IMG/VR virus record: IMGVR_UViG_3300046559_001153 | Coordinates: 62,001 to 126,000 of that record | Direction: 5' to 3' (one strand) | Length of the DNA: 64,000 nt | In this document: piece after piece, positions 28,671-37,823 of the stretch | Layout: each line of letters opens with the position of its first letter | Numbering within the stretch: position 1 is the first letter of the stretch | The notes under the pieces: generated by a model | Told to the model about the DNA's origin: nothing | Seen by the model: the letters and a program-made list of their open reading frames with translations, nothing else | The model's database searches: none | Made by a program: the position numbers and the translations under genes

Positions 28671-29093
28671 ATGTCTGTTTATGACCAGATGATTGAAGAA
28701 GTGATCAAAATGCAACCGCTTCAAATGCAGAGCACATGGGCAGAATCACACAAGCGTCTGCATGGCGAGCTTTTCGCGTATTGCTCGCCTGGGCGAGGAT
28801 TTATGTCGTGTAGACCAGATAATAAAGTGTGCGGTTGTCTCACCCAGATCAGAGCTAGCCATTGGTTTGAAGACCCACCACGTAAGTTCGCGTGGACGGA
28901 CGAACTGACGAAGCTGATTGCCGAAGATGATCGTCTGCCGTCTGATATGGGTGACTTGGTAAGGAAATGGCCTGGCATGTCGGCCGATGAACGCCGAGCC
29001 ACGCTCATTCCTTTGGCCGAATGGCAAGAACGTCTGGATAAAGAACTCAATCGCACTACTCCGGTCTTCGGCCAGTTCAATAATCCGCATTAA
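28671..29093 (+). CDS. Hypothetical protein, paralog family A member 1
   Basis: CGCLT and AEWQERLDKE motifs shared with 29106, 44371, 48070. Confidence 0.75.
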   Translation: MSVYDQMIEEVIKMQPLQMQSTWAESHKRLHGELFAYCSPGRGFMSCRPDNKVCGCLTQIRASHWFEDPPRKFAWTDELTKLIAEDDRLPSDMGDLVRKWPGMSADERRATLIPLAEWQERLDKELNRTTPVFGQFNNPH

Positions 29094-29105
29094 CGAAAGG
29101 ATCTC

Positions 29106-29516
29106 ATGTCTGTTTACGACCAGATGATTGACGCAGTGATCAATATGCCCGCTCGCGAGGTCCAACGACTTTGGGGCAGTGGCTACAACGAGGGGGCTGG
29201 GTATCTCTTCAGTTACTGCTCCCCCGGCCGAGACGATGAGGACTGTTCTTTCGCTGGGGACTGTTCTTTCGAAAGGGCGTTCTGCGGTTGCCTGACCCAG
29301 GTCAAAGCATACGACGCAGTGGCTTACACAGAGGAATTAACGCGAGAGATCCGCGCTGATTGGCGCTTGCCAACAAGCATGGTCACGTTTTTACTGGGTT
29401 GGGACAAGTTGGTGCCGGACGAACGACGGACAAAGATGCAGCCGTTTGCTGAATGGCAAGAACGTCTGGATAAAGAGTTCAATCGTCCGACTCCGGTCTT
29501 CCAACTGGCCGAATAG
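29106..29516 (+). CDS. Hypothetical protein, paralog family A member 2 (tandem duplicate)
   Basis: Near-identical nucleotide 5' and 3' ends to 28671 gene. Confidence 0.75.
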   Translation: MSVYDQMIDAVINMPAREVQRLWGSGYNEGAGYLFSYCSPGRDDEDCSFAGDCSFERAFCGCLTQVKAYDAVAYTEELTREIRADWRLPTSMVTFLLGWDKLVPDERRTKMQPFAEWQERLDKEFNRPTPVFQLAE

Positions 29517-29533
29517 CCCCTTATCATGCGATC

Positions 29534-30574
29534 ATGGCAATCGGGCTGTACGTATCATACCGCCAGTCAGAACAGTGCTTCGCCGCGATTCAGCTGGCCG
29601 AGCTGCTTACCTCATTTGGCTCCCAGGTTGTAATTTACTCGCCCCAGTCCCCGCAAGCCGTTGGCTCAAGCTGGGACCGGGGCGTGTTGTCGCCCAAGAA
29701 ACTCCCATTTGAGACGGTGATGGGAGCCTTCGACTGGTGGATCTGGTTTGAACACATTCCTCCGCATTTAGAATTGATCTGCGATAAATCGAGGAACACG
29801 CTTGTTCCATCGTGGCACAAGCTGACAGCCAAGCACGAGTCGTCCATGAATCTCTACTCAGAGATTGTGGCACCGACGCTGGCGGTCAAGCGGGCTCTCG
29901 ATCAGAAGGAATTCACTTTGCCCGTGCATTGTGTTCCGTGGGATGCCCCGGGCGAGATACAAGCCATTCACCCAAAGCCGGCTGGCTATTACTGCCGGAT
30001 GCCCGAGCGTTTTACCGCTAAAGATACCATTCGGTTGGCCGTGATCGATCATTTGCTGGCGGAAGGATATCCAGTCACACTGGTCAAACCGATAACCACT
30101 TTGCCGCAGAACATTCTCAAAATCTTCGATAAGTGGTCGAAACTCCACAAGCAATTTACGCTGTTGCCTGCGTCAACCGTCTTGGATCACCTGGCCAGGA
30201 TGGCTAAATGCAGGTGGTCAGTTATTCTCGATTCGGCCGACAACCTCGGATATGCGTGTCTTGAATCTCTCTCGCTCGGGATGCCTGTCATTTGTTACGA
30301 TATCCCGCCGAGAGATGAGTACTTGAAACAGGGCCAAAACAGCATTCTGCTCGACTGCAATCTCGAGCTCAGCTATCTGGGCGCCCCTCGAGCGATCGTT
30401 GTGGCTGACCCTAACGCCGAAGAGTTGAGGGACTCCCTTTGGACCTCAACCCGAACAAGAATGCAGTCGATCATCAACCAGTCATTGTCAGGATTTAAGG
30501 ACACGCCGGATATCCTGATCGCACGACGAGAGGGCTTCAAGGCTCACTGGGAGCACTTGGCCAGATCTACTTAA
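29534..30574 (+). CDS. GT-B fold (family 4-like) glycosyltransferase
   Basis: DNLGYACLESLSLGMPVICYDIP..DEYLKQGQNSILL matches the E-x7-E GT4 signature region. Confidence 0.75.
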   Translation: MAIGLYVSYRQSEQCFAAIQLAELLTSFGSQVVIYSPQSPQAVGSSWDRGVLSPKKLPFETVMGAFDWWIWFEHIPPHLELICDKSRNTLVPSWHKLTAKHESSMNLYSEIVAPTLAVKRALDQKEFTLPVHCVPWDAPGEIQAIHPKPAGYYCRMPERFTAKDTIRLAVIDHLLAEGYPVTLVKPITTLPQNILKIFDKWSKLHKQFTLLPASTVLDHLARMAKCRWSVILDSADNLGYACLESLSLGMPVICYDIPPRDEYLKQGQNSILLDCNLELSYLGAPRAIVVADPNAEELRDSLWTSTRTRMQSIINQSLSGFKDTPDILIARREGFKAHWEHLARST

Positions 30575-30587
30575 TCGAAAGGCAATC

Positions 30588-30929
30588 ATGGCCACAACAC
30601 TCGTGTCTCACTTGGTCAATAAATTCTTGTTGTCTGATCCTCCAACTGATCCCGTCGTGTTGGCAATAATGCAGAGATTCGAGCTGTTTGCTCAACAGTA
30701 CGTGGACGACCTGCAGAGCGTGATGACTCAGATGGAAGTTCCGGGGACTGGTTTGCGACTGGATGACGGAAACGAACCAGTCACGGTCCAGATTCGTACG
30801 AAGGCTCGTGACTCGGTCCAGGGCACGATGAACGAGGGGGCCCATCAGGCCGTTCTCGGAAGGTCCATGTCAGGCAAGCAAGTCATTCAGGCGTTCGGCG
30901 TCGAAGATCCGTTGGCTCCAGGGGGTTGA
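30588..30929 (+). CDS. Hypothetical protein
   Basis: GAAAGG SD, ORF in array. Confidence 0.65.
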   Translation: MATTLVSHLVNKFLLSDPPTDPVVLAIMQRFELFAQQYVDDLQSVMTQMEVPGTGLRLDDGNEPVTVQIRTKARDSVQGTMNEGAHQAVLGRSMSGKQVIQAFGVEDPLAPGG

Positions 30930-31552
30930 TCATGTCGGAGATCTCTGAAGGACAGCTCAAGCTTCTGTACGCCAGGATCTTCGATCTTTACTGCGAAGAG
31001 AATGAAGTATCGACGTCCGAGCGTGAAGACGTCGACGGGGCAAAGTTTGTCAGATGGCTCTTGTCCGAGTCGTTTGGGCTCCCATTGATCGACCGTCTCA
31101 GGGCCATGGAGGGCCCTGAGATTTTAGAATCAGTCTGGGATACGGTAATGGCCGCATTGGCCTCACCTGATGCACCGTTGTACTTCTTCCACTTGTTCCC
31201 GTATCTGAGTCTCGGGCACCGCAAGTGCGAGCCGCCGGTAATCGGCGTCGAGATGAACCTGGCTATCAAGTTTGCCGATGGCTTGGTAATTCGCCATCCG
31301 CCGATCGGTATTGCCAGTGAATCAGCCAGCGACAGGACTTGCGGAGACGGCCATCTGGGTATGGCGTTCCACAAGATGGCCAACGCGCTGGTCAAATGGA
31401 TTCGAACAAATTCGCTGCAGCAGCTGCATGATCAAGCCGCAGCTGTGATTGAGCAGCGAAGATCGGCGACAACATCCAGCACGGATGACGAAGCTGGCAG
31501 AAACCAGCTCATTCGACTGGCTCAACAACCTTTACAGGGGGGATTCGCATGA
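30926..31552 (+). CDS. Hypothetical protein
   Basis: Coupled ORF. Confidence 0.65.
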   Translation: MIMSEISEGQLKLLYARIFDLYCEENEVSTSEREDVDGAKFVRWLLSESFGLPLIDRLRAMEGPEILESVWDTVMAALASPDAPLYFFHLFPYLSLGHRKCEPPVIGVEMNLAIKFADGLVIRHPPIGIASESASDRTCGDGHLGMAFHKMANALVKWIRTNSLQQLHDQAAAVIEQRRSATTSSTDDEAGRNQLIRLAQQPLQGGFA

Positions 31553-32526
31553 GTACCGAACGACGCGCGGGACGAACTGATTTTGGCCTATTGGTTCTTG
31601 CTGCTGGCTTTTTGACTATTGGCGTGGGTTTCGCCGTTCTGCTCTCCAAGAGCGTTACCAGCTGGGAATCGAGCAGAGCAAAAACTCAAATCGCATCGTC
31701 GAGCCACACAGAGGAGTTGGCACCAATCACGGTAGACCTTAATCCGGTCGCTATCCTGCCCGACGAGCCGGTCTATCAGATTACCGCGGCCAGGCCGCCT
31801 CAAGAGGATCCGTTCCTCAAGTACACGCCAACCGAGGATTACTTTGTTCGACCGTTTGGATTGACGGCCTACAACGGAATGACTCGCTGCCCGTTGTGGG
31901 TTCTCGAGCGGCTGACTAAGAAGCACCTGGCCGGTAAGGCCAAACGGATCGGGTTGGATTTCTTTGCCGACCAGGAGATCCCGATTGAATTTCGAGCTCA
32001 CCCCCAGTCGTACGCTGGACAGGGCGAAGACAAAGGCCACGCAGCCAGTGCGGCCAATCACGAGCACGACATGGAAGAAATGAAGTCGACGTTTACCATG
32101 ATCAACTGCATGCCGCAGACGCCCGAGTGCAACCGACTTATCGTGCTGCAGGGTGAGGACATGGCCAGGGAGTTTGCCGAGATCGACGATAATACGATTG
32201 TCTACAGAACGACGGCGCCGTGCTGGTTGCCTGAGATGGTCTCCCGTAAAGACGGCCTGGTGAAATCGCATTACGAATTCAAAGCCATCGGTGCCGATCG
32301 AATATGGGTGCCCACGCATATAGCCTTCTCGCTGTACATTGTTAAGATCGGTGGGAGTGTAACGATGCGGGGATGGTTGGTCCCCAACCTGGAGAAGTAC
32401 CCCGAAAAAGCCACTTTCGACACGTACAAGAAGGACGTCGACTTTCTGGAGATGAGCACTGGGCTCAATTTTTGGAAGGGTCTCGACCAGCCGTTGCAGG
32501 ATCACCTGGAAAAAGAAACCCACTAA
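31549..32526 (+). CDS. DNA/RNA non-specific endonuclease (NucA/Serratia family) with N-terminal membrane anchor
   Basis: YN..TRCPLWV.E.L, DKGH (DRGH motif), STF.MINCMPQ...CNR, WVPTH; hydrophobic helix residues about 12-32. Confidence 0.85.
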   Translation: MSTERRAGRTDFGLLVLAAGFLTIGVGFAVLLSKSVTSWESSRAKTQIASSSHTEELAPITVDLNPVAILPDEPVYQITAARPPQEDPFLKYTPTEDYFVRPFGLTAYNGMTRCPLWVLERLTKKHLAGKAKRIGLDFFADQEIPIEFRAHPQSYAGQGEDKGHAASAANHEHDMEEMKSTFTMINCMPQTPECNRLIVLQGEDMAREFAEIDDNTIVYRTTAPCWLPEMVSRKDGLVKSHYEFKAIGADRIWVPTHIAFSLYIVKIGGSVTMRGWLVPNLEKYPEKATFDTYKKDVDFLEMSTGLNFWKGLDQPLQDHLEKETH

Positions 32527-32550
32527 TCTCTTTTCGCAAGGACGCGAATC

Positions 32551-33123
32551 ATGAAGTACTTCGTTCGTTTTTTCTGGACCATTGTCGTAATGGGGATAGT
32601 CATCATTGCGGTCAACATCGTCTACAACACATTCTCCGATCAGACCGTTCACGCTCAGGTGATGAAACGGTTTGAACCGAAGATGGCCCCGAGTGACACC
32701 GTTGAAATGGACGAAGTACCGGCCGACAGAGTTCAGCAGGACGCTGAACAGGCCATGGCTATCAGGGTCGACCGACGTATTCGAATGCCCACGCATACAG
32801 ATATCGAGCTCTATTTGAGCTTCGGTGTTTTGCTGTTCGGGTTCTTCGTCATGCTCGGTCAATTTGCCATCATGATTCGTGAGCGTCGTTACTTCGACAA
32901 CATGTCGTTGAAGATGCTCACGATCACGATGGCCGTCACCAGTGCCCTGTTTTTAATAACGGCCGGGTTCAGCTCCGATCAGATCCAGCCGGCAATCGGC
33001 CTGATCAGTGGAACACTAGGTTTCGCGTTCGGTCTCCGCGGTGACACACCGGCTGACGCATCACAGAACTCGACACCCCGTCCGACACCCACGCCGCCGA
33101 TACCCCCGTCAATCAAACCATGA
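32551..33123 (+). CDS. Integral membrane protein
   Basis: About four hydrophobic segments; Pro-rich tail. Confidence 0.7.
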   Translation: MKYFVRFFWTIVVMGIVIIAVNIVYNTFSDQTVHAQVMKRFEPKMAPSDTVEMDEVPADRVQQDAEQAMAIRVDRRIRMPTHTDIELYLSFGVLLFGFFVMLGQFAIMIRERRYFDNMSLKMLTITMAVTSALFLITAGFSSDQIQPAIGLISGTLGFAFGLRGDTPADASQNSTPRPTPTPPIPPSIKP

Positions 33124-33135
33124 AAGGAATTTGTC

Positions 33136-33387
33136 ACGAATAAATCGAACTCATACAAACTCTGGGCTTCAGCCAATGACTCGGTCAAGTCAATTGGCGA
33201 GGCCCAGAGTTCTTTATTGTCCATGATTGGACTGATGAAGACGTCTGACGATAAGCTGATAGCCGGTTTGCGTCGCGCTATCAAGGCTCTAACCAAGACC
33301 CAACAGTTGGTTCGTCAAATCGAGCCTACGGTTAGTATTCGTCCGATTGATCCGAAGACGTACTTCAACGAGCACTCCGCTCTGTGA
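33136..33387 (+). CDS. Hypothetical protein (83 aa) with apparent ACG start
   Basis: GAAAGGA 7 nt upstream of in-frame ACG; stop overlaps GTG of next ORF. Confidence 0.5.
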   Translation, partial: TNKSNSYKLWASANDSVKSIGEAQSSLLSMIGLMKTSDDKLIAGLRRAIKALTKTQQLVRQIEPTVSIRPIDPKTYFNEHSAL

Positions 33388-33623
33388 ACGGGACTGTCGA
33401 ATGTGCGACCCCGTTCCTTATCCTGATTTGTGCTAGATGTTCTCGCATTCGTCGTGTGCCAGTTTCGCTGGCCGATGATCTGCCTACCGTGTGCTGTAAC
33501 GAGGTGCCACATACGGGCACACAGTGCGGCGGTTGGCTCCGCCCGTTGACCGGCGTGGAGCGAATGAATGAGGCTGACGCCTGGCAAGATGGCCAGCTGC
33601 GTTGGCGACGTTCCGAGCCCTAG
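33384..33623 (+). CDS. Small Cys-rich hypothetical protein
   Basis: CARC...CC...CGG; GTGA overlap. Confidence 0.5.
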   Translation: MNGTVECATPFLILICARCSRIRRVPVSLADDLPTVCCNEVPHTGTQCGGWLRPLTGVERMNEADAWQDGQLRWRRSEP

Positions 33624-33624
33624 A

Positions 33625-33642
33625 TAACTTAGTAAAAAGTTA
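33625..33642. promoter_or_regulatory. 18-bp palindromic motif copy 4 (TAACTTAGTAAAAAGTTA)
   Basis: First element of AT-rich 190-bp intergenic region. Confidence 0.65.
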
Positions 33643-33813
33643 CGGGTTTTTGAACATCTGTACACGCGATTATTGCTCATCAATTTTGTAAAAGTTTGAG
33701 CTACCCCCCTAAAACGAGTCAGTTCCGAGCTAGTGCTTTATCCAACCCAATGGGTGCTAAGTTAGGTACAAGGGGTACCTTAGTTAACCGAATCCTCACC
33801 AACTGGAACTCAA

Positions 33814-34089
33814 ATGCCCCCAAAGAAACCCCACCGACGCCCAAATCTGACGCCTGAGGCCCCTGGCGGGCCCGCTGACGCTGTCGCGGTCCGAAACGCG
33901 TTATGGCGCTTTTGCACGACGATCGAGGCCACAGGTGGCGTTGTACGCGATTTGAGGGGAAATTATTGGCCAGTGGGCGATCCGGGCTGGATGGATCTGG
34001 CATTTGACTACATGACGGCCTGTTCTGCACTGGGCCGCAAGCCTAAGTGTAAGCGTGGTCGTCATCCTAACCCATTGTCTTATTTATAG
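33814..34089 (+). CDS. Hypothetical protein
   Basis: TIEATGGV...PVGDPGWMDLA..Y..AC.ALG pattern. Confidence 0.6.
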   Translation: MPPKKPHRRPNLTPEAPGGPADAVAVRNALWRFCTTIEATGGVVRDLRGNYWPVGDPGWMDLAFDYMTACSALGRKPKCKRGRHPNPLSYL

Positions 34090-34158
34090 TTGCGATGAAT
34101 GGTCGCAGATTGCGACCAAGTTGCGACAAATTGGTTGTCAACTGATAAGGAGAGATTG

Positions 34159-34488
34159 ATGGGTGATTCGTCGAGGATGGACCGCAATTACCGGTTCATG
34201 GAAGCATTCAATGAAGCGGCAGTCGCCAGCTGCTCGATAAAGCCGGGAGATACGCTGATCGTTAAAAGCACGGGCCTCGGCGAGCTGGATGGAATGACTT
34301 CCGGTGTGGGAATGTACGCCGTACTTCAATCTGCTAGCGGACAGTCTTTTGGGCTGATTCTGCAGGAGTACGGGGAGCTGTTCGAATCCGACGATAGCCT
34401 GTCTGACGCGGTCGAGCGGATATCGTCGACACTAAGCTTGGACGAGGCGAAGGTTCGCGAGATGCTCGTGGAGGCCGACCTTGACTAG
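34159..34488 (+). CDS. Hypothetical protein
   Basis: AGGAGA SD. Confidence 0.65.
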   Translation: MGDSSRMDRNYRFMEAFNEAAVASCSIKPGDTLIVKSTGLGELDGMTSGVGMYAVLQSASGQSFGLILQEYGELFESDDSLSDAVERISSTLSLDEAKVREMLVEADLD

Positions 34489-34765
34489 CACGCAGCGGAT
34501 CATGCTGGTCTGTGAAGGCTACATCTGGTCGAAGTCTCGCGGTTGGCTGGCTAAAGACGAGATTCTGATACCGGAGCTGTGGCCTCGAACGACCGGTGGC
34601 CGGGATGCGGCTGTACTGCGGATGGATTTTGCTCTTCCGCGTTTACCGCCAGAGCTCGACAAACGCAAGAATCTGAAGATTCGCGTTGTGACAGTGACGC
34701 TGAATTTCATGGAAGATGTCGAGCTGGAAAGCATCAAGGTGCCCAAAGACCGTGTCAAACTGTAA
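34481..34765 (+). CDS. Hypothetical protein
   Basis: TTG start after GGAGG, overlaps previous stop. Confidence 0.6.
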   Translation: MTSTQRIMLVCEGYIWSKSRGWLAKDEILIPELWPRTTGGRDAAVLRMDFALPRLPPELDKRKNLKIRVVTVTLNFMEDVELESIKVPKDRVKL

Positions 34766-34769
34766 CCGA

Positions 34770-34787
34770 TAACTTTTTACAAAGTTA
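34770..34787. promoter_or_regulatory. 18-bp palindromic motif copy 5 (TAACTTTTTACAAAGTTA)
   Basis: Intergenic, abuts AGGAG SD. Confidence 0.65.
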
Positions 34788-34798
34788 AGGAGTCAAGC

Positions 34799-35371
34799 AT
34801 GAGCAGTGAAGCATCTCGTCCGTCGTTTGGTGACATTCGTGCCAGGCGAAGGGTTGCCGTGTTAACCGCGGCTGAGCACAGGTGGCAAGCAGCCAAAAAC
34901 GCGGCTTATGACGCCGAGCGTGGTCTCAACGAATTGATCGATTCGGCTGTGCCATTTGTTTGCAAGGCAGCCACCAAGCAACGGGTCAATATCGAGTGGA
35001 AAGGCTATAAGCAGAACGCCCAGTTTTCTACGAGCGTCATCATGGGCGTGAAGGCTAAGCAGATTCTATACGCGTTGAACAACAACAAGAAGTCGATTCA
35101 ATGGCAGCCGATCAGGGATATCACCCTGTTCCTGTCTATTTCGGCCGCGTTCAAGTTCTGCAAGCCCCTGCGATGGTCGCACCTTAAAGCGGCGCACAAG
35201 GCCTGGGCAAAAGCCCTGGCTAAAGCTCAGCATCTCGAAAAGGTGCATCAGCTGCTCGTCAGAGACCCCAGCCGCATTTACGACCCGCATCTGGAGCACT
35301 CGGGCGATCTGTCGTTGATCGAGGCTGACGCCGAGCGGGTCGTCGATTACTTCATTCGAGAGCTGAAGTAA
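34799..35371 (+). CDS. Hypothetical protein
   Basis: AGGAG SD, clean ORF. Confidence 0.7.
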   Translation: MSSEASRPSFGDIRARRRVAVLTAAEHRWQAAKNAAYDAERGLNELIDSAVPFVCKAATKQRVNIEWKGYKQNAQFSTSVIMGVKAKQILYALNNNKKSIQWQPIRDITLFLSISAAFKFCKPLRWSHLKAAHKAWAKALAKAQHLEKVHQLLVRDPSRIYDPHLEHSGDLSLIEADAERVVDYFIRELK

Positions 35372-35380
35372 GAGGAACCA

Positions 35381-35605
35381 GTGTCCAGGCCATGGTTGGT
35401 TACGACAAACACCAGATCGAGGAGGGTGGAGATGAATGGATCCGCACCGAGTCAGTCATGCCCGTTGATTCCAACTACGAAGAACGAGGAGCTCGAATAC
35501 CGTGTCTGGCAAGTCGAAGCAGCTATCGACTTGCACCGGCAGAAAGGCCTGAGCGATGAGCGGCTCTACGCCATTCTTGGTGACGGGCTCGATCTCAAGG
35601 AGTAG
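35381..35605 (+). CDS. Hypothetical protein
   Basis: GAGGA SD, GTG start. Confidence 0.55.
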   Translation: MSRPWLVTTNTRSRRVEMNGSAPSQSCPLIPTTKNEELEYRVWQVEAAIDLHRQKGLSDERLYAILGDGLDLKE

Positions 35606-35607
35606 CC

Positions 35608-35811
35608 ATGCGTAGACAGCAACTGGTTAAGCGGCCGACAGGATTGGCCATTCCACGCGGCGGCCACAATTACGACCTGCTTGCCTGGTTGCTGTCTCCG
35701 TTGGTTGTCGTGAGGAATGGAAAGCGAACTGTGCTGCGGACGACCAGAGAACAGATTGCCAGGTACTGGTACCTAATCGAGGAAGATTCTGCTCAGTTTT
35801 ATACGAAATGA
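35608..35811 (+). CDS. Hypothetical protein
   Basis: AAGGAG SD. Confidence 0.6.
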   Translation: MRRQQLVKRPTGLAIPRGGHNYDLLAWLLSPLVVVRNGKRTVLRTTREQIARYWYLIEEDSAQFYTK

Positions 35812-35838
35812 TCGGCCAGGTAGATCACCGTCGGCCGG

Positions 35839-36735
35839 GTGAATGAGACCTATAAAATTCCCGAGGTCTGGGCAGTCAGTTGCAGCGTAGACGCCGAGTT
35901 AACCGGCGAAAGCAAAGCAGCTGGCTGCCTTCGGCTTTTTATGGAGAGCCAAATGTACTTTGAAACACGGATACAGACGCACAAATTACGCCCTCTAGCC
36001 AGGGGATTCGACCGGTCTTACTTTCAGAAAATAGACCGGAAAGTCGGCGACCGAGAGAAGTCGGAACAGCGACTGAGGATTACCAAATTCTTTGTCGACG
36101 CGTTCGAGGAATATCGCATCAGGCAGCTCAAGGTGTTCTCCTACCCGGCGATTTATTGGCGCTGGGAGCGGCAGCTTCAACGGGCCATTACCTGCCCGGA
36201 GAAGCTGTTCATCGGGGTTGAGCGATTCAGGGACGTGCAGCTGAAGTCGCGCAAGCACATACTTGGAGGAAAGCCGCACGCAAGACGCTGGCGAACAGCC
36301 TGCGATGACGTCATCGGGTACGAGACAAGATCAGCCCGCTCGATCCATTTTCAGGCCGAACGACTCTGGATGATCGATCCGTTTGAGATGGGCGACGCGG
36401 ACGAATTTCATCGACAATTTCTGGACTGGACTGGCGCCTGGATCGATCCGTGCTGCCCACTGACTGGACATTTTGCCGCCGCTTTGCCTTATATGCTGAA
36501 TCGGTTTTCGGCGACTGCTCCCGTGTGCCCGCTTGCAGTCAGTTTCGTCATCGGCCGAGACAACTGGACGACAAAAAGGGATGAATTGGCTTTGAATCCG
36601 CGACTTGATGCTCTGCTGCGGATATTCGCTCGAAACAAGAAACGCCGGTTCGAACTGATTGACGCGTTCACTTACCGTCGATACGGCCGATCAAGCTTGA
36701 TGGGGACAGTGCTCGGCCTGGTCCATTTGCCCTAG
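35839..36735 (+). CDS. Hypothetical protein, possible divergent class I SAM-dependent methyltransferase fold
   Basis: LKVFSYPAIYWRWE (motif I-like), FIGVERFRD (motif II-like), WMID, LAVSFVIGRD. Confidence 0.35.
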   Translation: MNETYKIPEVWAVSCSVDAELTGESKAAGCLRLFMESQMYFETRIQTHKLRPLARGFDRSYFQKIDRKVGDREKSEQRLRITKFFVDAFEEYRIRQLKVFSYPAIYWRWERQLQRAITCPEKLFIGVERFRDVQLKSRKHILGGKPHARRWRTACDDVIGYETRSARSIHFQAERLWMIDPFEMGDADEFHRQFLDWTGAWIDPCCPLTGHFAAALPYMLNRFSATAPVCPLAVSFVIGRDNWTTKRDELALNPRLDALLRIFARNKKRRFELIDAFTYRRYGRSSLMGTVLGLVHLP

Positions 36736-36752
36736 AAATCGAGAGGACACAC

Positions 36753-37061
36753 ATGTCAACAGCTGAGGAGCCTGGCCCTTTCCCTGGGGTAATCGCACAT
36801 TGGGCGTCAATCAGGCACAAACATGAGGCGGTGCTCGAATTTATGGGTTACTTGCACAGCAAGGGAATCGAGCTGGATTTTACAAACGCCAGCAACCACA
36901 CACCGATGAGTGTCAAAGTGCTGGTCGATGATTTTTTCGAACTCAACCACTATCAGCTGGACAAGCAACGACACTGGCTGTCGTTGCAACGGCGAAAGGC
37001 GATCGAAGATGGGCGTAAAAAAGGTAGCAACGAAGAAGAAAGTGACGAGAGCGAGATCTAA
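36753..37061 (+). CDS. Hypothetical protein
   Basis: GAGGA SD. Confidence 0.6.
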   Translation: MSTAEEPGPFPGVIAHWASIRHKHEAVLEFMGYLHSKGIELDFTNASNHTPMSVKVLVDDFFELNHYQLDKQRHWLSLQRRKAIEDGRKKGSNEEESDESEI

Positions 37062-37539
37062 GATCGATCGGTCTGATCGGGCGTTAAACAAGCTGCCTGT
37101 ACACGAGCTGCTGGCTCTGGCACTCAATGACGCACGTGAGCAGGAAAAGCACGGCGGTTTGCACATGTCTGCCTGGTTTATGTCAGCTGATGAATCCGGC
37201 ATTTATAACATTCCAGCGAATCAGCTTGTCACCAGGGATCAATGCAAAACTTGCTTGGGTGGGGCCGTCATGCTCAATCGTTTGCCACCTAGAGTCAGGG
37301 CCCGGACGTTGCAGGAAAAGTCATCCAGGGTTCCGAGATGGGCGATAGCTTTGGACGCTTTGCGTCGCGGCGACGTCGAAACGGCCTTGAGGTGCCTGGA
37401 GCGGCCTGCCCTGCAATTAAAAATGCCTCTGGATGTTTCGATACCCGGCTACAGGTGGCAACGTGCCGATTGGTGGTCTGAAATGTGGAAGTTGCAAAAG
37501 CTGTTTAAGAGGCACGAAACAACCAAGAAAGGACGATGA
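37009..37539 (+). CDS. Hypothetical protein, paralog family B member 1
   Basis: HELLALAL.D...M..W...C..C.GG.V...W..ALD.LR.G.V shared with 55892, 56394, 59585. Confidence 0.7.
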   Translation: MGVKKVATKKKVTRARSKIDRSDRALNKLPVHELLALALNDAREQEKHGGLHMSAWFMSADESGIYNIPANQLVTRDQCKTCLGGAVMLNRLPPRVRARTLQEKSSRVPRWAIALDALRRGDVETALRCLERPALQLKMPLDVSIPGYRWQRADWWSEMWKLQKLFKRHETTKKGR

Positions 37540-37808
37540 CCATGGCCGCAGCAAAAACACGGATGCAGTACATGAATGAGCATGCACGAAAGGCTTCCAA
37601 GCTCCTAGTGGGCCGAACGATCCGAGCCGTCTCGTACATGAGCGCTGAGGAGCAAGATGCGGCGGGATTCGACTTCAGCCCGCTTGTCATCGAGATGGAC
37701 AATGACTTGGTTCTTTTTGCCCTTCGGGATCCCGAAGGCAACGGCCCGGGCACGCTGATGGTTTACCCGCCAGGAAACGCCCAGGAGCACATTTTCGGCG
37801 ACATTTAA
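37536..37808 (+). CDS. Hypothetical protein
   Basis: GAAAGGA SD; RDPEGNGPGTL motif. Confidence 0.7.
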   Translation: MTMAAAKTRMQYMNEHARKASKLLVGRTIRAVSYMSAEEQDAAGFDFSPLVIEMDNDLVLFALRDPEGNGPGTLMVYPPGNAQEHIFGDI

Positions 37809-37823
37809 CTGAAAGGACTCACG

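Noticed and set aside
31588-32862. 424-aa minus-strand ORF
   Set aside because: Antisense shadow of the nuclease gene
34375-34392. GTTCGAATCC T-loop-like sequence
   Set aside because: Inside a coding region with no cloverleaf context; not a tRNA
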